A stretch of 64,000 nt of DNA, taken from NCBI GenBank assembly GCA_036172245.1, contig JAYWIR010000033.1, forward strand, positions 992,001 through 1,056,000, read 5' to 3'. Under the pieces are notes generated by a model. It worked only from the letters and a program-made list of their open reading frames with translations. It was not told the DNA's origin and ran no database searches. The stretch comes from Raillietiella orientalis (lineage: Eukaryota). A program made the translations under genes and the position numbers. Of the stretch, positions 53,901 through 64,000 are shown piece by piece. Numbering within the stretch: position 1 is the stretch's first letter; each line of letters begins with the position of its first letter.

Positions 53901-54640
53901 CGAATGACAAGGAGTGAGGACCTTCGTCATCTGCCAGTAGGACGAATCGAGGTGCACCATCGATGCTTTCCCTTTTTCTTTTTGTCGGCAGTCGCTGGAG
54001 TACAACCACATCATCCCTCGTGGTTTTTCTTCCCCAGCTGCACGGTTGCAACGGATTATGAGGATTTCTCGGGAGCACCGGTCATCCTAATGATGCAGGG
54101 AAGAATACGCGGAAGGTGGAGCGGGGAGGAAGCACACGGTCCTTGGCGCTCGCGGCCGGATTCGCTTTCGGCTTCCATTTTCTTCCGCAGCAGCCCGTGC
54201 CAGCAGCATCTCCGAAGAGAATGCGCTTCCGCACCGCGTACGCGCCTCCTCCGGTTCCACCCACAACGACTGACTGTTTCTTCCACACAATGAGCCGCAA
54301 GTTCCGGATCACCAGTGTAAAGCGGGCAATGACATCGCAGCTCTTTCTATTCAGGGAAGGCCAGCGCTTCCACATGTTTGCGTTTTCTGACAGCTGCAGA
54401 GAAACAACCCGACATCCGATCGGTGTGCCATCTTGAAGCCATGGGGACGTCAGCCACGATGCTCCTCCGAAACTGCCATCGGGGCACCGTTCCAATGAGA
54501 ACGGAAATCCAAGTGCTCTCTTCGTTGCATGCCCACCTTTCCGGGACCTGAAAAGGCTGCCCTGATATCTTCTCCCCTCCCCGTGCTCTTCATTTTCTTT
54601 CTTTTTCTTTTTCTTTTTTTTTTTTTTTTTTACCCCAAGC
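51000..54640 (+). mobile_element. Decayed LINE (RT to 3' UTR), interrupted by another repeat at ~53.5-54.0 kb
   Basis: NPEKIHCWFPPL (~NWRPISL, ~52220), LHGTRWTAAFP (~IHxxQT), WKALRFPFEGRA (~WxxxxLSLxGR, ~53110), pyrimidine/T-rich 3' tract at 54565-54631. Boundaries approximate. Confidence 0.5.
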
Positions 54641-57600
54641 GAATTCCAAGATGCAGGGAAAGATACCAGCAGATGGAAAAGTCTGAATCGGAAAAAAACA
54701 AACCGATGTTTTGACGATCTCCTTCTCCAGTCTGAAAGGCCACCTGGTCCAGAAAAGTGCTCGGGTGTTGCGTGGCGGCTTCTTGCAATCCCAATTCTGA
54801 AGTGTAAGGTTCCCAGAGCTGCTGGACAGCCCCCATTTTCTGCCTCAACCTTCCGGAGCGCCGAAAGCCTTTCATGCAGGCAGCTGAAAACGCAGCTCGA
54901 CTCCTTCCTATTACTTGCGCTACTTATACTGCATACTAATGCATTACGAAAAAATCCGGAATGTCTTCTATTCTTCGGTCACGACCAGGAAGCCCGGCCA
55001 TGAATTTTGTTCAGAGAACGAAATACCCATTGGTCACACACATCTGGGATGGCCCTTCGCTTGCTTCCGATTGCATAATCCCGGGATAGCAAAAGTTATG
55101 GTACTCTGGAGAATTCTTCCTTCCTGCGGTTCCATCTGCTGTAGGCTGACGCTGCTCCGGCAAACGGCTTGCGCAATTTCCTCTTTCGAATTGCAGAAGA
55201 GCACTCCGAGCTGATCTTCAGCTGCCGCCGCATTGGAGGAACATTTTCGATGTGATGCTCCTCGCGATAAGCTGCACGTGTGATTCCTTTCCTTCCCGCA
55301 GGCATAAGTGTGAAAAGTCTTCATTTCCCCCTTACCACTTCCACTTGCTCGCCTGGGCGATTCATATCTTGAGCAATGAACTGCGTGTCCAAGAAGACAA
55401 GCAGCTTCGTTTCGCCTCGGTTCAACGGAAACACACAGCGTGCTTCCACGTGTCGTCCGTCTGCTGCTGAGGGCCTCCGTCTTCGCGGGCCAACGCCAGC
55501 AGTCCGCGCCCCGCAGCCAAATGTTTACCACAGGAGGCGGAAATTTCACTTTCGCGGGGGGTCATTCCCGCCGCCTTTGCCCTGCACAACTGGCCGCGCG
55601 CCTACGTAGCAATGCACGTCCAGAGGTCCATTAGCTCCTGGAGCTGCGAATCGGGATGCTGCGTTCCTAAGCAAGCAACGCGGATGCTGCTTGGAAATCC
55701 ACACGTGACGTCCCCATTCAAACATCGGACGTGCGCACACACTTTGTGCGTGCGAAACAAACGTGGTTTTCGGGATTTAATCTCATTCCAAGCATAATAT
55801 TGGAAAACACTCAAGACACAAGAGTGGGGATTCGGCGAGCATCCACAAATGCATCCCTCTGTGTGTTTGCTTGTGCATGGATGCACGTCTCTATGCGTGT
55901 GAAGCTTACCTATAATTCAGGCATATGCATCTGATATTTACGTATGGGTATATATGCAAAATATAAATACTGGTATACATTAAAAGTACATCTGTTTATC
56001 TATCTATCTGTATGGATAGATAGATGTGGACAAATAGATGGATGCCTACAGTACATGCGTAAGCATGATTTCAACGTAGATGTATATATATACGCATGTC
56101 GCATGTAACAGCTGTGTACGGATCTGTGTATTGCACTGTACTATGTCTAGAACTTATTTGTCGATATATCCCATGTAAAGAGGAATACGTGTGACCATAC
56201 TACAGAGGTACAAGTGCTTAATACAAAGTTCATACCAATGGATCATGGTCACTCGTATTTCGGTCCAAACTGACTGAATGCGCATCTTCAGTGCACTTTA
56301 GTGTGTACATTCGGATATTCGTTCAGAAGGAGAACACGTTGTCTTCTGTGGGCACTGAAACATCTGCTGGAAATTTGTGAATTGCATTTTATAGTTTAAA
56401 CGATCCCCCCGCCATGCCCTTAAAAAAAGGAAGAAGATGCTCTGATTACGGTAGGACATCCCTGATATATGATGATGACTGCTTGACACTGAGTAAGGAG
56501 AGCGGAACATGAGAAAATGGCCGCCCCGTGAAAGATCTTTCCTCGAGTTTACGTTGGTGTGCGTCTGGATGCACGGCGGACCACGGGTCAGCCCAGGGTT
56601 AGATCAACTACTTCTTGAAGCTCGTTCACTCTGGTCAGAAAAACTGGCCCGAACTCGATATCGTGTGATAAGGAAATAGTGCATCGCATCTGATTGCAGA
56701 TAGGTTGATGGGAGAGCACAGAGTAGCGAAAATTCGTTGATAAGCCGTCAGGAGTCCGACACTGGAAGACTTCTTACTAATTTCATTGGTGTTGTGAAAT
56801 GGCTTGTAATCACTAGTCATCAGTGCGGGAATTCGGTATTCTCGGCGTCTTGAAGTTCAAGTAAATGGCAAGCAGAAAAAGAAACGTCTTTCTTCTTTCA
56901 ATGAGGGGTGTTTAAAGCAGGGTTTCGGTTGTGTCATGGGAACGCATTACGTAAGCAGCATGCTGTTTGTACGTAAAAGTCTCTTACAAGGATCGTACGT
57001 GTATCGAGAGCTCCATCCAAAACACCTTGCCAAGTCAAATGTCCATAAACTCGTACTGAGGATTCCAATTGATGAGATTTCATTGAGACCGATATAAGTT
57101 TCAGCTGCCCGAGTGCCATCAGCTCCGTTGATTCAGCCATCTGTGCCAAGGCGTCTTTGTAGGAAGATCAAAGCAGCATGCATTTTTAATTTTTGCCTCC
57201 GTCTATCAAATAGTTGAGTAACAGGGCAGGAAACACTAGGGTCGTTAGGATGTGAGGGAAGATTTGATAAAGAAAAAAAAAAAAAAAACAGGATGTGTCT
57301 GCAGCCACATCTGATCGTTTCTAATTTCAGTGCAAGCTCCATCGAGGGATGCAGCTTCTTGGCGAATTTAAGATCTTTCTTCACGGTGGTTCACGCACGT
57401 GCGCAGAGACCGTCTGAAGGTGCGATCTTCCCGTTTTCAGGGGAAGCGGCAAATTCTGGAATTTGCGACATCCCACAGGGATGGAAACCAGAGTTCTAAC
57501 GCATCCTTCCTCTGCCTCTTCACTGAAGAATCCAGTGGATGGGAACGTCTTAACAAGTCAACGTGCAGAAGGAACTTGGAAGACCAAGGCTTGATTACCT

Positions 57601-57849
57601 GACCAGTTTAATTCGAACAACTGGTCGTCTTTCGCAAGTAGCAGCAACAAGGCTGCCGTGCAGCATGCTGCCACTCTCCTTAAACAGCAGATGTGGTTGT
57701 AGGGAAAAGATTTTTTCCGGAACTGATGATGATTCGAGATTGAAGACCACGTTTGGTGTTCCTTTCACCTTCAACAACTGAAGAGAATTACGTGCTGGAA
57801 GGACGAAGGCCACATCCTTCAACTACCAACAAAGCAGGTTTAAGACACC

Positions 57850-60400
57850 CGAAGGACAATGATCTCCAATGAGGAAACCATAATGTAACCGAAGTGACGA
57901 GAAGTTGTTCGCGCGCCCCTCCTACGAAACTCGCAGAAGAAACCAATTCAAGGACTTGGCGAGTTGACTTCCCAGCACCTCAGGGACCCGTCTCACACTA
58001 AGCTCTTTCTTCTCCACACGCAATCTTCTTCCATCTGGAGAAACCATTCGCATCTCTCCTGGATCCATCTATCAGATGCGCATCCAAGCCCCGGTGGTTC
58101 GCGCTCGTCTCGAGTGTTCCTTCCTACGCGCTGCCAACTGGCAGCTGCTGCGCCCGTGTGGGCGGCGCATGTAAGAAGCGGCGCGGATCGAATGCTCAGG
58201 AGGACTTCGAAACGCATTCTCGACATCCGAGGTCGCTGCCCTCGTGGCGAATGCGGCAGAAGCACGGGAGAACCACGTCAAAAGCAAACAGCGAAAACCG
58301 ACTCTTCTTTCTGCCGGCGGAAGAGCTCCGGATTTTCGGCAGGAGCCATTAGTGCCAGGGTACGCCAGGAGAGGAGGAGTCCCGAGGAACTACGAGGTGC
58401 ACCGAGAAGCTGACATCCGCAGCGCAAAGGCGGAGAGCGACAATGGGAGGGTGGTCCAGCAAGGATGGGTCGCGTACTGAGGTCTCATTCCCATCCAGTG
58501 GCCAGGACGGACAGGCGCCAGCGAGCCTACGATTAGTGGGAGTCGTGGAGCGATCCCCCAACATGCATTTTGTTCACCAGTTTTGAATAACAAACGTTCC
58601 GCCGCAGCCTCCGAAAGCAGAAAGCCACGAGATCAACACCGTGGGAACTGGTGTTTAAGAAATCAGGTTGGAACATGCAGACGGGACCCGCGAGAGCTGC
58701 CGGTGAAAATGTCTTGCAGAAGTCTGGAACGAGAGAGCGAAAGCTCGGGAATGCATTTTGCATGGGTTTCTCCGAAATGCAACCAGCGTCCGCTCTGCGC
58801 AGCTTCTGAAACGATGGCAAGACTTTCTTGGAATGTCCTAAAGGAGCCTTCGAAGAAGCCCGGGGCTTGCGCTTGCATCCTCCTCCTCCTGCAGTGACTG
58901 CGCGCTGCCATCTTGCAGGTGCCTTTTTTGCAGGAGAGAGCTGGTGCATAGTAGCGGAGCAGCGTGTTTGCACGTGCACGCGTGCAAGCAGCACGTGGAT
59001 CCGTGGATTCCTGGGTGTTCGTTGAAACACGTTCGTGAGCATCATTCGTCTTGAGCATCATTTTCCGCGAGAATCATAATTAGAATGAGATCACAGGGAT
59101 GAAACATCACGCTCTTTGCATGCCTATGAGCTCAAGTGCTCCCTCCCCCCCATCCCGATGCTCCACGGGATCCACCAGCTGAGATCCACCAGCTGCTTCT
59201 CCGATGCGGCGGCCGCAGAAGCGAGGATTGAAAAGCTGTGTCGCTCCCGGACTGTGAATCGCTTCGTGACCGCCGCAGCTCCCTCATGAGAGGTGCAGTG
59301 CTGGCCGATGATGCGACAGGGAGCTCCGGAGGGATGGACCACGCGCTTAAGAGAAATCATCGGTTACATCACCTCCTTCCTCTCCATTTCTTTCCCTTGT
59401 CGACACAAGTCTCCGGTTGCAGGAGACAGAAGACACCTGAGCGCACATCACGCGCACAAGCCCGGAGGGTACGAATTTTGTAAATCATCTCAGGAAAACA
59501 CCATTCGAGGAGATAATGCAGGACGCAAAGAACCGCATTTATCCATCCGCCACATCCCTAGCCGCAGCTCTGTCTTTCCTCTGGTGTGCCTTCCCAAAGC
59601 CAGGGTCCATACTGTAGAAAGGCTTTTGGGTCAAGTCCTTGCACTGTTCTTTCAATGTCTCCATCCAGAGACCTTCATACCAATGAAACCTTTTTGGGAT
59701 TTGACCAGTAGCCGTGTCATGGGTCGTGTCTCGCGGCCTGTGGTGCATTTTCGGACCCACTTCCTTGCTGAGCTTGGCCATGCTGTTCGCTAACATGACG
59801 CTGCTGGGGGCGAGGGTTCAGCTGCATTGTGGCAAGTGTCTTCAAGGTCCTCGGCTGGTGGAAGCTAGTCCAGCTGGCTGACGCGACCACACCAAGGTCG
59901 CGAGCTCGAAAACTTTGGCTCTGGGCACACCTGTCGGACCTTTGGTCTTCCTCATCTGCCTCACGAGCTCCGTGCTTCGCCTCCGCATGCAGACGGCATT
60001 ACCCTCTGCTCCGGGAACGAGGGCATCATAGGTGTCGTCGCCATGGAGGAACCGCGTGCAAAGGGTATGTGGCCATCTTGAGGCGTGGATAGGCGTCTTC
60101 TCCTAAACCGCTATGCTCTTCGTTAAAGCAGAAAACGAGTGGCAACAGGTGGAGGGGATTCTGGCGTTGTCAAGTGCGCGGGATTTGTGCGTCCTAGGTG
60201 AACTTTCGCCTGCCGCAGAAGAAGGTGCCATCTTGTCCTGCATCCACGGCACCGGAGCGCCTCGTCTAGAGGCGGCTCCCTACCAACGGCAGCAAGAGTC
60301 CAGCCAACTCCGTGCTACGAAAAAGGGCGGCAGCAAGTCTCGACCTCAGCTGACCTCGACGGCGAGGTGAAAAACTGGACAAGCAAAGCTAGCCAGTCCA
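57850..60400 (+). mobile_element. Decayed LINE of the same family (RT to C-terminus)
   Basis: ISARVRQERRSP (~RGVRQGxPLSP, ~58350). FKVLGWWKLVQLADATTP, MLFVK and AILSCIHG parallel KMMGIWTMGELADATTP, LLFVR and AALCCIRG of the 18.6-19.2 kb copy. Confidence 0.65.
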
Positions 60401-60599
60401 ACCGAATTGCGCCTCGGTCTGATCCTCGATGGCAACGACGACGCAGCATGATCCTCGAGTGGAAATGGTCACCTTCCCCGGGCGCATTTCCTTGCCGGAG
60501 AAACGGAGCAGGAAAGCATTGCCCGAAATGCGCTCCCGTGGTCCCTGGTAAAAAAAAAAATAAAGGTCAGCCAATCAGCCTCTCAGCCCGTTGGAAACT

Positions 60600-63500
60600 C
60601 GAGGCTACTGGGTAGTGGCGGTCGCTGCTTCATGCCTCGCTCAGAAGACCTCTCCGGAACGAGCAGACGAGGCAGAGAAGGCGGTCTGCTAGCGAACTTC
60701 CACTCGAAGATGAGAAGGCGAAGGTGTGGTGACCCCGTTTGATCTCAGAGTATCCGGCTGCGAACAGGACGATTCTGGAGACGCTCTTCCGATCTCACTC
60801 CTGCACGGAGAGTTTCTTCTTGGAGAAATGGGTTGAACCTAGACCGAGGGAACGATGGCGGTTTCTCCGGAATTTCCTCATGTCTCCACCTAAGGAGGGA
60901 ACGCTTCCAGGCTAGCCGACTGTTGGATCATCAAAGATGATTTCAGTGGCCTCCAAAGAACTGCAGCGTTGAGGATGCAAGCAGAGCGTCCCAGGTACTT
61001 AATGAAAGACGTACGTTCGGGTGCTTCGTGTTTTATGCGCTACCCTATCTAGTGATCAGAAGGCAGGACAAGTGGGTCTCGGACGCAGGTTGCGAAGTCA
61101 GAGCTCCCGGTATGTGATGCAGACGTCCGGAACATGCAGAGATCATGGACATGGTGAAGGGTCAGAGCAGAGATGCCACTTGCTCTCGCAAGACCTGCTG
61201 GGTTGTGACATCGGATTCTCCTCTGCCTATCTAAGGGTTGTAACATCCCTTTGGGGTTCCCGTTTCATTGGGGAGGTGGAAGAGCTCGCCGCAAAGCCGG
61301 GAACGAATGATTTAGAAAATGTTCCGAGTCTAGAGAAAGGGGAAACACCATTTTTTTCTTTCGGCTGAGGCAGGAACTGGAAGCGGTTGGAAGAAGGAAG
61401 AAGATGGAAGTGAGAGAATTGGCTGCCGGGTCTCGCCAGCCCGGAGGCTTCTTCGCGCGCGATGCCCAGCACGAAGAGATCCGATCTGAAGGTCAGAGAT
61501 CTTTGCCTCGCAAAGGTTTGGATGGACCTTCTGTCCAGCGAGTGAACGGAGGGATAACATAGAATAAAGGGGGCAGGATCTTTCCAAACTCTTCCATCTC
61601 TGTGTCCTGTCTGTTCTCTGCTTCCTTTAGTGCAAGGTTGTGAAGCCGCCTCCAGTCCTCCGCCCACGTGAGCAAGGTTATTCTTCTAAGTGAAGTTATT
61701 CTTGTGCGTCCATGCTCTGGAAGCTTCCTTCATAGAGGATGTCACAATATATCGGCACGCCACATATAGCGGCCATATTGGATGATGGGGCAATCACTAG
61801 ACGCTTCTCTCTGCTGAGGAGGAGCTGCGCGATCTCCAGCTCTCGCATTGCCTCCTCGTTTGAAGGATCTCAAGAACCTACAATGCCGACCATGAAGGCT
61901 CTTGAACATCAATGGTCGTCAGGGAAGAGTGAGGTCTTTGAATTTGGTCTCCTTCCCTTCCGGAGCACTTCTGAAACGCGTCGGGATGCTTTCGGAGGGA
62001 CAGACAACGTCCATTGAGAAGACGTCTATATCCACTGTCAAGTGCTGTCCATCTCCTGACGAAGGAAAACTCAGGAATTTCCCTGTTCTCGTCAGAGCGG
62101 TCCTTGAAGAGTTGTCTGTGGAGACCTTGAGAATCCCTTTAGAGTCGTGCGAGACGGAACGAGGATCGTCCCAAGCTCGCGGAGGGTGGGAACCCTGCGG
62201 CATTGAGCAGCGGCTGCCTCAATCCTCCACGCACGTCCCTTCCGTAGGAATAGAAGTGCCGTCACCATCAGCTGAAGTCCCTGGACTCTGCGCGCCGTGT
62301 GGGTGGGCAAGTTTGCCTACTGAGAAGGGTAGAAAAGTCGGGAACGGAGATAGCGAAACGCATTCGGGAAGGAGGACATCTGAGCGCCTGCCTCCCACGC
62401 ATGGCGTCCGCGGCCTTCACGGGCATCGTATCTCTCCTGAGGCATGGAGGGTCCTGATAACTCACAGTGCCTCGAGGTCCACAGTCATGGCGAAGAGGGA
62501 TCATCAGCCATGCTTTGATCTCCGTGCCTGCGGTGTGACAAAGACCTCCTGACACCTCCGAAATTCGCAGTCCATCGTTTTGCACGCGGCATCGGCTTCT
62601 ACCCCTGGATCCAGGTTCCGCGGCGCATTTGCCGACCCGAACGAGGGCTGCGGCGAAATCGAGCCGGGATCTTCGATCCCGGAGCCTGCGGATCCAACAT
62701 GCGGGGTTGGAAAGAGAGCAGAAACGACCCTGTCAATGTTGGGATCTTCCGAGCGGCGTCCGATGCCGCGACCGGACCACATGGAGGATGCTCTGACAAG
62801 TTGCACACCTAACCGTGAGCTGCAGCTCTCTTTAGCCGCCGAGGGGTTGCGACTTGCCGCAGGGTTTCCCGACCTCGCGCTGCGGGCTCGGAGCCACCGA
62901 AACGGCCACCTCACCAAACTAGGGCGAAGGCGGCAAGGCTGGGGAGGCATCTCACGCTGCGAACCTATTCGGAAGTTGACCCGATGGTCCCTCCAAAGTT
63001 CCCGAATCCCATGGGCATCATCATCCTCTCTTCCTGCCTCCTCGAGAGAGAGGATATCCCAGCTGGGGTGACCGGGTGGCGGCCAGATCTCGACGACCTA
63101 GTCCAGGAATCCTTGCGGATACACCCTAACCGTCAGGATCCGAAAGTCGGGGGCGGACCCGTGTGTCTGTGCAGGGTTACGTGAGTCTTCGACTTCGATT
63201 CTCGGAGAGTTAGCGCGCTGCTGGCGTCTCTCCGACCGCTCCAAGGTTCGCGAGCTGGCAAAATGCGCGCAATGAGCTCTTTCGCTCCTGAGACGCAGGG
63301 GGGTGGTTTAAAAAGCGGAGAGTTCCCAATGCGGCGTCCCCCCCACTCAGCGACCACAGAGAGAAGGTGGATGCCGCTCCACTTTCTCATTTCGTTGCCA
63401 AGTGCGCATCTCCCGGGAGAACTTGGCAATGATGCAGAGAGCATCGTTTTCTCTCTCCTGCTCTGCCTTTTTATGGAACAGATCGGCCAGTCTTTCTACT

Positions 63501-63600
63501 GGTTCATCAATCCAACCCCAAGCTGATCATCAGCCCTCAACAGTGACGTCAGCAACCGGACGATGAATCACGGAGGACCATGGCGAAGTGACGACCGAGG
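60600..63600 (-). mobile_element. Possible decayed LINE 5' half (APE/linker remnant)
   Basis: Weak APE-like remnants (GRGIG ~62760, SANAP ~NVYAP ~62625) in GC-rich fragmented frames. Confidence 0.33.
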
Positions 63601-64000
63601 TCGAGAAGGTTGCCGTCAAGCAGCGGGAGCCGCCAGCCGCCAGCCAGAGTGTTCGGAAAAACAGACTCGAGGCTCGAGCCAGTCCTGGCGCTCAGGGACG
63701 AAGGGAAGGCGGCGGTGGACGTCGCTCGCCCCTATGAATCTTCCACCAGCGGAGCAAGACAAAAGGAAAGCAAACACAGGGAAGAGTGGATCTCCGCTTC
63801 CTCTCCGAAGGACCACCTGCTTTTGTAAGGGCAGGAGCAGTTGGACCTCTGATGCGTTGGTATCGGTGGAACTGAAAGTCTCCAAGGAGCACACCTCCGA
63901 AAAAGAAATGATGTGCTCGAACGTACAGCATTCTTGGGACGTGCCCTGGAGGCATCGATCGGGCCACTTCCCGTAATGGGAAAGCCTTCGAAACCCACAT

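Noticed and set aside
55998..56025. Hairpin formed by (TATC)n and (GATA)n
   Set aside because: Opposed tetranucleotide microsatellites of low complexity with no other support.

Overview
Eukaryotic genomic DNA, most likely arthropod/ecdysozoan. I can reconstruct five spliced protein-coding genes from the sequence: the 3' exons of a CG7630/prag01-domain (COX7B-like) gene (+, ~374-660); the zinc-finger RNA-binding protein ZFR/Zn72D (+, 9553-16378); the Golgi transport protein GOT1/GOLT1 (+, 28087-28692); ADP/ATP translocase (-, 28789-30043, tail-to-tail with GOT1); and the ecdysone-cascade nuclear receptor E78 (-, 35873-46288). Most introns are very short: 19 of the 29 I could delimit are 36-62 nt. 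The housekeeping genes sit in AT-rich, CpG-poor DNA, while the E78 domain (~32.5-55.7 kb) is GC- and CpG-rich. Much of the intergenic and intronic space is filled by heavily decayed L1/Tx1-like non-LTR retrotransposon relics, several sharing a C-terminal peptide and a poly(A)-signal-plus-GC-hairpin 3' end. The most unusual local structures are a decayed copy of an E78 DNA-binding-domain exon fused to a minisatellite repeat through 6-bp microhomology, a 27-bp perfect inverted repeat interleaved with a 13-bp one (A-B-A'-B') upstream of ANT, a palindromic bidirectional poly(A) site shared by GOT1 and ANT, and a candidate frameshifting cassette exon in ZFR. I see no intact novel multi-gene system. 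Gene and family assignments rest on recognised motifs, not database searches.
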